From Anthoceros angustus (Eukaryota > Plantae > Anthocerotophyta), in the NCBI GenBank assembly GCA_010909165.1, contig VJWM01000178.1:186001-250000 (forward strand): a stretch of 64,000 nucleotides of DNA, in the 5' to 3' direction. Shown in pieces: positions 50,256 to 61,257 of the stretch. The notes beneath the pieces are model-generated. The model was not told the origin of the DNA, searched no databases, and saw nothing but the letters and a program-made list of their open reading frames with translations. The position numbers were made by a program, and so were the translations under genes. Each line of letters begins with the position of its first letter. The stretch's first letter is position 1.

Positions 50256-50927
50256 GTCGGAGAAACCCCCAGCTGCCGCCCTAAATCCTACTGCTGCTAC
50301 TCAGATCGACCACGATGTCCCCAAACCAATCCACAGGTGCACATTGCCGAATTGCCTACTGGACGCTGAATCCACGGATCCGACATCCTTAAACTCGCTC
50401 ATCCACCTTGAATCCGGACGTCCTAGCTCTCCAGCGAGCGCCCTGTCATGTCCGCGGAGGAGCTGCCTGGAGCCTCCCAGTAGGGTGGCCTCTCGGTGAA
50501 ACCCCCTCGTCGAACAGCAGCGCGAGGTCCGCGCAGCTGTCGCAGTTGCCAGTCTGTGCACAGGGCCGGAGCTCCAGCCTTCTAGTTGCACCCCTGCCGT
50601 GAGCGTCTGGTGAAGGTCGATCGGATAGTGTCACACACAGCCTGATGAAACTTGCTTCAAACAATCCCGCGCACGGTCTGAGCTTTACGTCATCACCATT
50701 TCACGTCGCATGACTGTCGCGAAGTGGAAGTCTATTGTAGCGGATTTCATCGTAAAAAAGCTGTTTTCCTTGGAAAAGGAAATTAATGCTAACACGGTCC
50801 GTGAATTAACTTCCCAGACGGACATGGCCGATATTTATGGACTAGCGAGACATGGCCGATGTAGTATTGAGGAGGATAAAACTGGTCCCATCGACGGCAG
50901 GAGATTTGCACGAGGTCATCCACAGGG

Positions 50928-53774
50928 ATGTCATGTTATGTGCAGACCATGCAGCGGATAGTAGACGACAGGAGGATTTCACCTTGGGTGACTGGGAATG
51001 TTGATCCTAGCACCAGGTTTACGGATGACAGCAGTACTAGTTCTGTGGCAGCTGCAGGAGTGGGATGCCCTCAACGGGGGCAGGCTTCCTGGACAGGGCT
51101 GATAATGGAACGGGCCAAGTCTGGGCAGGGTAGACAGGCTCTGAAGATGTACGAGGAAATGCGGAAGGATGGAGTAGAACCAGGCCCGCACACATTCGTG
51201 GCTTTGTTGAAGGCATGTAGTAGCTTGAAAGAGCTGAGTAGTGCTAAGGAGATTCACGCAGACGTGGTCAGAAATGGGTTGGAGACGGATTTGTATGTGG
51301 GTACCATGCTTGTGAATGCCTATACAAGATGTGGGAGCCTGGAGAATGCCAGGCGGGTGTTTGAGGAAATGCCTCATCGGGACGTGGTTGTATGGAATGC
51401 CCTGATTTTGGGTTACTCGCAGGTGGGGAATGGTGAAAAGGCTTTGAGTTTGTACAGACGGATGCAGCAGGAAGGCGTGGTATCTGATGAGAGGACTTTT
51501 CTTGGTGCACTAAAGGCCTGTGGTTGCATTGCAGAAGCAGAGGAGGATCGGGGCAGCGATTGGAAAGTTGTTAGGAGACAGTGGCTGGAGACTGTGAGAG
51601 GCATCCACGCGGACATTGTGAAGGCGAACTTGGAGTCCAATGTTTTTGTGGGGAACAAGCTAGTAGATGCTTTTTCAAAATGTGGGAGCCTGGAGGATGC
51701 TAGACGGGTGTTTGAGAAAATGCCTGTCCGCACTGTAGTGTCATGGACTGCAATGATCCTGGGATACGCCCAGAAGGAGCAGGGTGAAGAGGCTTTGCGG
51801 CTGTACATGAGGATGGAACACGAAGGTGTTGTCCCCGATGACCGAGCTTACGTTGGTGTGCTCAAGGCTTGCAGTTCGCTTGCTGAAAGTGGGAGCAGAG
51901 ATGGGAATGATGGACTGGATGTTAGGCTACATTGCTTGGAAACGGTGAGAGCCATCCACCATGACATTTGTGAGAGGAAGTTCGAGACAGATGCGTTTGT
52001 GGGAAACATGCTAGTAGATGCATATGCAAAATGTGGGAGCCTGGAGGATGCAAGGCGGGTGTTTGAGAATATGCCTCGTCGGGATGTTGTGTCCTGGAAT
52101 ACCATGATCTTAGGGTACTCCCAGATGGAGAAGGGAGCGGAGGCTCTGCAGTTGTACACAAGAATGCGAGAGCAAGGTGTTGTACCGAATGACCGAACAT
52201 ATGTTGGAGTACTCAGAGCCTGCACTGCTATTGCAGAACTGGGGGAGCAAAATGGCCGTGACAGCATACTTTTGAAAACCCGATGCCTGAAGATTCTGAA
52301 AACCATTCATGCAGATGCTGGGAAGTCTGGGTTGGATGTTTTTGTAGGGACAATGCTGGTAGATGCGTATGCCAAATGTGGGAGCTTGGAGAATGCTAGG
52401 GAGGTGTTTGAAACAATGCCCCACCGCGACGTTGCATCCTGGACTGCCATGATCTTGGGGTATGTGGAGAACGACAAGGGTGAGGAGGCTTTGCAAGTAT
52501 ACAGACGAATGCGACGGGAAGGTGTGGCCCCCGACGACAGAGCGTACGTTGGTGCACTGAAGGCCTGCAGCACCATTGCAGAATCAGGGGAGAGACATGG
52601 TGATGATGATATCTCTATGAAGAAACAGTGCTTGGAAACTGTGAGAGCCATCCACTCACACGCTCAAAACGAGAACTTCGAGTACAACATGTTTGTGCGG
52701 AACATGCTTGTAGATGCATACGCCAAATGTGGGAGCCTGGAGGATGCCAGGCAGGTGTTTGATCAAATGCCCACCAAGAACGTGGTCTCTTGGACAGCCA
52801 TGATCGTCGGGTACGCTCAGATGGATCAGGGTGAAGAGGCTTTGCTAATTTACACACAAATGCAAGAGCAAGGTGTGCTCCCGAACGATCGAACATACGT
52901 GGGCGTCCTCAACGCCTGTGGCAAAGTGGCAGGCCTGGCGAAAGGGAGGGAAACCCACGCCCAGATCCAGAAAGCAGGCCTGCAGTCCAGCCCCTTCATG
53001 ACAAACAGCCTGATCGACATGTACAGCAAATGTTCTTCCATGGTGGATGCCCAGCAGGTGTTTGATGCGAACCCCAACAGGGAGGTAGTTGCCTGGAACG
53101 CCCTGATTCTGGGCTACGCCCGGCAAGGGCAACAGGAGGCTGTGTTTCAGCTGTTCAGCAGAATGCAGCAGCTGGGCACACAACCCAACGACATCACATT
53201 CCTGGGTGTCCTCACGGCATGCAGCCATGTGGGTCTCGTGGGCACGGGCCAGAAGTACTTCGAAGCCATGAGCAAGGAGCATGGCATCACCCCAACAATC
53301 CAGCACTACAGCTGCATGGTTGACCTACTCGGCCGCGCAGGCCAGGTCAAGCAAGCGATGGAGACGGTGAACGCCATGCCCTTCCAGCCGGACATCAAAG
53401 TGTGGAGAAGCCTCTTGGGTGCGTGCCAAAAATGGGGGAACGTGGAGCTGGGAAGACAGGCATTCGAGGGTGCACTGAGGCAGGATAGAAGCGACCCCGC
53501 ACCGTATGTCCTCATGGCCAACATCTACGCCGCTGCCCACATGCCCATGGAGGCAAGGAGGGTCCAGGACATGAGACTGAAAGCGGGAGCACGGAAGGAA
53601 CCAGGACGGAGCTGGTGGATGGACGAGGGCGGGACTGCCCATGTATTTTCGGTGGGTGATCGAGGACACCCCGACAGTCAAGAAATATACGCAAGGTTAG
53701 AAGCTCTGCTGATGGCAATCCAGAAAGCAGGATTTGTACATGCCCTTGACCTAGACACGTCCAATCGATCGTGA
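50928..53774 (+). CDS. PLS-class PPR protein, E+ with WW-type PG box; four L motifs carry a 16-aa insertion; intronless
   Basis: Repeated LVDAYAKCGSLEDA / DVVSW.AMILGY / DRTYVGVL.AC triplets with a ~351-nt period. C-terminus RKEPGRSWWMDEGGTAHVFSVGDRGHP...GFV then stop, with no HxE/CxxC deaminase. Confidence 0.95.
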   Translation: MSCYVQTMQRIVDDRRISPWVTGNVDPSTRFTDDSSTSSVAAAGVGCPQRGQASWTGLIMERAKSGQGRQALKMYEEMRKDGVEPGPHTFVALLKACSSLKELSSAKEIHADVVRNGLETDLYVGTMLVNAYTRCGSLENARRVFEEMPHRDVVVWNALILGYSQVGNGEKALSLYRRMQQEGVVSDERTFLGALKACGCIAEAEEDRGSDWKVVRRQWLETVRGIHADIVKANLESNVFVGNKLVDAFSKCGSLEDARRVFEKMPVRTVVSWTAMILGYAQKEQGEEALRLYMRMEHEGVVPDDRAYVGVLKACSSLAESGSRDGNDGLDVRLHCLETVRAIHHDICERKFETDAFVGNMLVDAYAKCGSLEDARRVFENMPRRDVVSWNTMILGYSQMEKGAEALQLYTRMREQGVVPNDRTYVGVLRACTAIAELGEQNGRDSILLKTRCLKILKTIHADAGKSGLDVFVGTMLVDAYAKCGSLENAREVFETMPHRDVASWTAMILGYVENDKGEEALQVYRRMRREGVAPDDRAYVGALKACSTIAESGERHGDDDISMKKQCLETVRAIHSHAQNENFEYNMFVRNMLVDAYAKCGSLEDARQVFDQMPTKNVVSWTAMIVGYAQMDQGEEALLIYTQMQEQGVLPNDRTYVGVLNACGKVAGLAKGRETHAQIQKAGLQSSPFMTNSLIDMYSKCSSMVDAQQVFDANPNREVVAWNALILGYARQGQQEAVFQLFSRMQQLGTQPNDITFLGVLTACSHVGLVGTGQKYFEAMSKEHGITPTIQHYSCMVDLLGRAGQVKQAMETVNAMPFQPDIKVWRSLLGACQKWGNVELGRQAFEGALRQDRSDPAPYVLMANIYAAAHMPMEARRVQDMRLKAGARKEPGRSWWMDEGGTAHVFSVGDRGHPDSQEIYARLEALLMAIQKAGFVHALDLDTSNRS

Positions 53775-54529
53775 ACTCCGGTGGCGAAACCGCAGCCTGC
53801 TTGTACCTGGACTACTAACCGCGGGACGCACCACCCTTGTCGTTCAAGTGCGGCAGCGAGCTGCCAACCTGTACATCGTGGTTGCAGAACCCGCATGCTC
53901 AGGGTACAGATCCAGTATGGATGTGGACCACTGCCCTCTTGCTGCTCTCAAGTTTCGACCGTGAAGACTCGGGTTTGCCGACGCACAGGGGCAGAAGAAG
54001 CGATGCTTTCAGCTGCGCGAGAAGCGATTTCCGCGTCAGCTATGTCCAGGTTCGCCAAAAGGTTGGCGGAGGGGGCAGCCTCTCCAACCCGGGGCTCGTG
54101 GAGCAACAGGCTGTGAAGGGGAGTGCGCCACATACCTTTTCAAGCACACCCTGTTTTCGTGTGGTGTGTAGCCCGCATTGCAGACACGGAACGTGACGTG
54201 CCCACTAGAGTTGTCGGATAGCAGTAAACCCCAGAACGGCCACCGCGTCCTGTGATTTTCTTGTCACGTAATTCAAACAAATTAATGCAATTTACTGTTC
54301 TCTCGTTTCGCCTCTGAAAATTACGAAACTTTCAGGGCAGATGCTCCTGTGCCGAACCTACTCCTCGAAATGTCCGCGGACCAAATCAGACCACAGATGC
54401 GTTTGCCTCCGCGACCGGCAGCAATCCTGCTCCATGGCCGGGTTCCCTCTTGTTACTCTGGTTTTACAAAATCAGGCCTGGGTTTCATTCGGGATAAAAT
54501 AGGTGACCTCAGTGTTCAATTATGAAAAA

Positions 54530-55900
54530 CACTGAATATATTGTTTGAGATGCACAACTCAGTTTGTTGAGGATATTTGGATGCAACACTAACTAGACAA
54601 AAGATATTAAGAGAGGCTTTTACTAGACAACATTTTCAAGGATGTTTCGGTTTACTGCCGTCAGTGCAGCACTTGCCAAAGGTTTGCCGGAGTCATGCCG
54701 AATAAAGGTCAATTGTGTCCTGTCCGCATAGGGCAGACACGACTTTGGCTTCAATCCATAGATTAGTCAGTAGCCATAATGATGTAACTATTTCCATGCA
54801 ACGACAGAAGATTGATAGGACCAATACAGACTATTCCCCAGTTCACAAGAGGCCCATCAAGAAATACAAGACCCAACTGACCACTATTCGGCGTGACTCA
54901 GGCAAACCTTTAGCAGGTGTTGCACCGACAGCAGTATTCCCAAACATCCTTGAAGAGTGTGGGCTAGTAAAAGCTTGCTCTTAATATCTTTTGCCCAGTT
55001 GCTGCTGCATCAAAATGTCCTCCGCAAACCGTGTTGCTCGAACAGGGCAGGCATAGCTTTGGGCGTCAATGCAGATTAGTCAAGAGCCGTAATGATGTAG
55101 CTATTTCCATGCAACGACATAAGATGGATGGACCTATATAGTCTATTTTCCACTTCACAAAAGGCCCACTGGTTAGCAATTTCTTGTATCACCATATCAT
55201 GACAAGGTTTGGGTGCCCTATAAACATAAAGTTAGACCAAGGACGAGAGTTTGTTAATAATGTAGTTGAGAAAGTGATGGCAATGTTTTTCATAAGGCAT
55301 ACGCTAACCACCCCCAACCACCACATGGCTAATGGACAGGCACAAAGTTCTAATAAAGTAGCTGAGAAAGTGCTTTCTAACCTACGCCAAAATGAACTAA
55401 GGCGATTGGATCAACACCTGTATGGGGCTTTATGGGCCATCCAAACACGAGTGAAGGCAACCGTAGGGATGTCGCCATTCAAGTTGGTGTATGGAGTTTC
55501 CGCTAGGGTTCTAGCCCAAGTCACTGCCACTATAAAGGGATTTGGTATACTAGGTATGCCCATGAGTACGAAAGATCGTCTGATATAAATACACGAAGTT
55601 GATGAAGCTAGGAGGGTGACATATGTTGCTATTTATGAAGAGAGGAGCAAAAAGCAAGGTATGATAACAATAGACAAGAGCTTGGGTTTCTTCGTTGGTG
55701 AGTGAGCTCTTAGATTGAATGTCCACAGATACTTGAAGAGAGAACCAGTGCTAAACTGAAGCCACGTTTGGAGGGCCATGGCTAGTTAAGAAGATGAATA
55801 CTAATGAATTTGTGCATGTAACTAAACTGCGTGATTATGTGGAAGTAGAAATAATAAATAGCAATTTCTCATTTTAAAAAATACTATTATTGAGCCTGTA
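54530..55900 (+). mobile_element. Degenerate Ty3/Gypsy integrase, internally rearranged
   Basis: QKILREAFY*...YCRQCSTCQRF (zinc finger); FLYHHIMTRFGCPINIKLDQGREFVN...TTPNHHMANGQAQSSNK...ALWAIQTRVKATVGMSPFKLVYG (core). The missing middle segment is present inverted. Confidence 0.85.
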
Positions 55901-57057
55901 TAATCATAGATAGGTCAACATTACGATTGGTGCTTCCTTACCATGATCAATGACATCTAACGTAGACTTACAAGTTATTTTTAGAGGGATGAGGTTTTAG
56001 ATAAGGTAAGAATTCAGTGAGTAGCTTAGAGTGTGATTACCAATATCCCGACCTTGTGGCTTATAATGAAGCACCTTGGAGTACTCAAACATTAGTGTAG
56101 TTGTGTTGAGGAGAGTGTATCTTGTGTAATTGTGTTGAGGAGAGTGTATTTTGTCCAGGATGGCCATGGATTCCTTCTGGCCCTTCTACGACCCTTAGCT
56201 CTGGCAAAGGTCTCATAGCCGAAGCCGAAAGGAGGTCACCATGTTTTTACCTTACTATGATAGGCACAATGAATGACACCCGACAAAATGTAACGATAGG
56301 AGAAGGCTTGATCTGAGCATCCCGGGAAAAGCCAACCACTACATTTAAACTCAAAAGTATCATGAGGACTAAGAGGGCATTTGTGGTTGAACCAAGTGTG
56401 TGCAAGAGAGAAAGCCTACAAGATTGATAGCTCGTTACTTTACTAGAAGAGGCCTACAAATCACAGAGAGCTTCAAGCTTGGCTGGTAGATCTCAGGGAC
56501 AATACGCGATCGGTGGATTTCCGTGAGCGGACCACTCAATTTTGCAAGGACTTTGAATAAGGACTTCACTTACTAGAAGTGATCCTCCGACCACGATAAA
56601 TCATGGGATACCTTAAGGCTACCCAAGCCGGAGCTAAATTCCTGACCGCCACCCATTCGAGTGTTAACTCTAGAGCCTGAAGACTAGCCTACAGTCGAAG
56701 CCACTTTGGAAACTGTCGAAGAGGAATCCAAGGACTTGGTGGATTACTTTGCAGAGCTCTTGCGAAGGTTCGTGGCTAAGTTAAAGGACAAGGCTTGTGA
56801 TCGAGGTGGGCTCTTCATCCTAGGCTGCGGTACCACCGGTCTCTAGACTGGGACGAAAGTGCAGGATCTTTCACGTACGACATTGATCTAAGCTGAAAGA
56901 GCAATACCTGAGTGCAAGAAAGAGGAGCTCAAGGCTTGCGAAGTTGCAGGAGTGGTGGTGTTGTGATGTTGGTGTGTGATCTAGTGCTGAGAGTTTCTAG
57001 TGTGAGAACATATTCTCAGCAAAGGAGCGAGCCTAATCGCTAGCCGGGGGGTGCCAA

Positions 57058-57650
57058 TGTGCAAGGAAGGTGAGGAACGACAAGGAGTGAGATTTGTGTG
57101 GTTGGAGTGAGGCTTTCTATTTTTGAAGCAAGTGGCCATTGCAACAACGTTTCTTAGAGATTTGTGGCACCTAGGATTCCAATAGGCGCTAAGGATTCAA
57201 AGCTATGCCAACTTTAGCAGCAAGCTTCCGCTACATGTGGTACTCACAATTATTTTGTAACATGACATTCACAAATGAACCAGGCTATGCCTCTTGACTC
57301 ATCATGAAGCTTCTAAGCTTAAGTGTCTTAGTCTTGCCATCCCGTTCGTTGAGTAGCTACCATGCTTGTGTTGTGTGCCTAACGCCTGTTGCTGACTAGC
57401 CTTGTGTGGGGACGCTCAGCCTGCAGGGCATGTTTGTTGTGGCATGTGTGTGTGAAGGCCTGAATGTTACAAGAGCTAGCTCCTTGCACCTATGTAGCAA
57501 CATCTGTGGCAAGCCCACATGCTTGTGTATTGGTAGGCCCCGTAAGTCCATTGTGTGTTTGGCCATCGTCAGTGCTTACGGCTCCTAGCAAGTGCCCGGT
57601 GTGGGAAGTTCGACATTCTATAGGAGTAGGTGTGAGAGTACCATCATACA
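57058..57650 (+). mobile_element. Putative 3' LTR (TGT...ACA) preceded by a G-rich polypurine-tract-like sequence
   Basis: ccggggggtgccaa|tgtgcaagg at 57044-57066 and ...gtaccatcataca ending at 57650, downstream of the integrase remnant. No partner LTR is seen in the window. Confidence 0.35.
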
Positions 57651-58278
57651 TATAGGAGGAGGTAAGGACCATACTACGTACGCAAGTCTTTACCTTTATT
57701 AAGAGAAATAGTAAATAATACCTATATAAACTGTAACCTCTTGCAAGTATAAACGAATGTAGAACGATGAAAAAGGCAGAAGGGACTATGACCCCACGGC
57801 AATCAAGAAGAGAAAACGTCCAAGGATGGAAAAGGAAGAAGGAACTAAAATTCCATTTGTTTTTTTATCCATGGTGGTAATAATGCGACGGATGGGAAGC
57901 AAGAAGAGAACATACATAGTTATGTGTTGAGAATCGTGTGCGAGCAGCAACCCCTCATCTCTCTCTCTCACCTCTATTAGCCTACTCTCTCTCTCGTCGC
58001 GGTCTCGTCTGGGCTGTGTCTCGCTCATCGCTCACCCTTTCTCTCCTCGGACCGCCCTTCCCTCGCCCGACCGCTGTCCCGCAGTACACAGGCTCACCAC
58101 CGTCTGCTGTCGTTTGCAGCCCTCTCCTCTGTTTCTTTTGCTCGCAGAAGGAGGCCAAGCAAACAAGGAACCGTGTGCAAGACCGGGGGAAGGTGGACGA
58201 AGAGGCAGGCGTCTTGCTTGCTTGCTGTGGGGTACCAGATCCGGGGCGGCCTTGGCTGCGTCTGCAAGGCCAGAGAGC

Positions 58279-59945
58279 ATGAATCCCGAATAGTGAGTGT
58301 TGCTGCTCCAGACATGGCTCTGTGGCCGCGCTTTCGGCGTGGTTGCCGAGATCGCTGTGTGTTGTGCCTCGGCTGTCATGGCCGGGGATAGGGTTGCGGA
58401 TGATCTGCCCTGCCGCTCATGTCAATGTGAAATTTGAAGCAGTTTGGGGAATTTCTCGGCTGCAATCTAAGATCGCTGCCGTCTGGGCGCATGCGCTGGT
58501 CGGACCTGCTTGGAGTGGCCTGCGCGTGATGCCATGTTTTTTTTTCCTCTTGTGCTTACGCCGTTCTGGCTCTGTGCAGTGACTACCTCTTCAAGCTGCT
58601 GCTGATTGGGGACTCGGGAGTGGGGAAGTCATGTCTTTTGCTTCGTTTTGCTGTAAGTTGTGGCTCGATGCGTGGGACATGTGCCCGGAAACTGGCGGGG
58701 GAGGAGGTCTAGTTGTTGGCGGTTTAGGTTATAGGTGCTACGTAGTTGACAGATGGTAACGGGCTGACTTTATGGGAAACACGGGAAGCTCGCATGACCG
58801 CATCAGGGGAAGGTGGCGTTTTTTCTGCTTGTCGAGAAGCAAAACATGGATCCCTTTTTCTTACTGAGGGCCGCTGCTGTCGTGCAGGACGACTCCTATC
58901 TGGATAGCTACATCAGTACCATCGGTGTCGATTTTGTAAGTCGTCGATGCTGGGACAGCCTCGAAGTTATCGTGCTGGGGGGAGCTTTGCTGCAGAGGCA
59001 ACTTAGGGTAATAATTTTGGACACGCCTGTGTGTGGTGCAGAAAATTCGCACGGTTGAGCTCGATGGGAAGACTATCAAACTGCAAATTGTACGTACCAG
59101 CTTGATTCATTCTTTTACAGAAGCGTTATCAAAGGTCATTTGGATGCAGCTTACGGTGTCTTTTTCTATGTGATCTGAATCTTTTGGGTGTCTGGTTTTG
59201 CGCTGTTACCGTAGTGGGATACCGCAGGGCAAGAGCGGTTCAGGACCATTACCAGCAGTTACTACCGGGGAGCTCACGGAATCATTGTAATTATCATGCC
59301 TTTCACCCATGTTTTATCTGTTGGAGGCCTGCAGTCGCTTTTCTGGAGTGTGGAGCTGATTTTTGTTTCTTGAAACTGCAGGTTGTGTACGATGTCACAG
59401 ATCAGGAAAGCTTTAACAATGTAAAGCAATGGCTGAATGAGATTGACCGATACGCAAGCGAGAATGTAAATAAGTTGCTTGTGGGTAATAAGTCTGATCT
59501 CACAGCGAAAAAGGTGGTTGACTACCAGACCGCCAAGGTTAGATGTTAAAACTCTGTTCAGTTTGCCACAGTTGTGGCCTTGGTAGTTCTCCCCCCTCTG
59601 ATTTTGGAACTGTAGTCCATCACCTTGGGACGTGTTCTTACCTTTTATCTTTTGATGCAGGCTTTCGCTGATGAAATTGGCATTCCGTTCCTTGAGACCA
59701 GTGCCAAGAATGCAACTAATGTGGAGCAGGCTTTCATGACCATGGCAGCTGAAATCAAGAACAGGTTTGATTTCCAGCTTTGAAGAGCTTGCTGTGAGGG
59801 TGCCTTGCTATCTAAACATAAGCATAATGGTGCATCGTGTTGTTTGTGCAGGATGGCGTCCCAACCAGCTCTCAATAGCAGCAAGCCGAACACTGTGCAA
59901 ATGAAATCTCAGCCGCTTGCCCAGAAAAGCGGATGCTGCTCTTGA
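58279..59945 (+). CDS. RABD2: Rab1/RABD2-type small GTPase (8 coding exons)
   Basis: MNPEY|[24 protein letters not shown]|[14 protein letters not shown]|KIRT..|[24 protein letters not shown]|...GNKSD...|ETSAK...|...SGCCS*. Confidence 0.96.
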
Positions 59946-61222
59946 GGTGATAACCTAGGATCTTTACTGCTAAGTTAGCTGTTCCATTATTTGATGGAAC
60001 TTCTGTCTCGGAAACGGTCAGAAGATGCGCACATCTCTACTAGCAATGTGTAGGGAGCAGCCGCCTGTTCAAATAGGTTGTCGGCACATAGTTCGACTTG
60101 TTTGTTGAATGACATTGGAGGCTTGATGTCTCGTGCAGTCAAAAATTTGCTATATGTTGAAATGTTCTGTTTTGGGGTTGTGCAGTTAAACTGAATATCG
60201 TTCTCCACTTGAGTCTAGAGGAATGTTAAACAGTGTAAAGAAAGTGTGGCACTTTGGGACGTGGATATGTGCTGGATTTGGAGACAGGGGCATGACTTTG
60301 CATGTGGTGTGGGACATGTTGGGTTCTGACTTGTTGCACCTGTACATGTTAGCTTATAGCCTTCATGTTGTGGCAGATAGGGTGCTGGATGATGAAGGGG
60401 CCGACGAAGGCAACAGGATATTGTGCGAAAGTCAATGTTTGCTTGAGTTCCAGGTTGTGGGGGCATTCTTGGCCTGATTATTGGCCTGATTCTTTGTCAG
60501 TCGCATGACCTGGTTTCTGGATGTAATTGCTCCAGAGGTAGCTATTGATGCCATCCAAGTTGAGGGGAGGACGGGGAGGAGAGGGATTAGCGGTGACCGT
60601 GACCCATGTGGTTGTCTAGATTACCTTTTTTTCTTTTTTCATTGATGGGCGTAGGTGGTCTAGAAGATTCAGGTGTCGGAGAGGCGTCGTACCTATGTAT
60701 GTAAGTTGGTACCAGCACTCCAAATTGTGGAAGAACCTGCACGTCTTGCATTCTGTATGGCCACGAAACCTTCATCGCCTTCGATCCTCTCCGTGGCCGT
60801 GACTTCATACTATCCTTCCGAGGGACGTATACATAAGCCTGCCGGCCGTGATGGATTTCGTCCCCGCACTTTAAGTCGTTTCGAGTCAAGTAACTCCCCT
60901 TCCCAACAAAGGAGACTAGAACTTCAATACCTCGCTAGTCACGCCACTAGATGCCTAGCCCAATAACGCGAGTTGTTTGTTCTCTCGTCGCGAATTGACG
61001 TCGTGACTAGTTCACCAACTGAAGACATTCGTGTTTGCGAATCCAATACGAAAGCAGTTGCGGCGACACAGATAGCAGCAGCGGAAAGCGTGCAGGTCGA
61101 AATAGCAAGCTGCTTCCTGTACTGCACTGGATCCTGAAATGTCTAGCAGCGCCGCCGCCAGACAGGCGATCGGTGTCCCTCCTCCTGCTCGTAGACGAGG
61201 GGTTTGCGAAACAGAGCACAAC

Positions 61223-61257
61223 ATCGGGGATCGGGGATCGGGGATCGGGAATCGGGA
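61223..61257 (+). repeat. Heptamer tandem (atcggg[g/a]) x5 abutting the CapA ATG
   Basis: atcgggg atcgggg atcgggg atcggga atcggga atg. Confidence 0.9.

Noticed and set aside
53775-54200. Possible continuation into a DYW deaminase downstream of the WW-type PPR
   Set aside because: No HxE, KNLRxC or CxC motifs in the translated frames.
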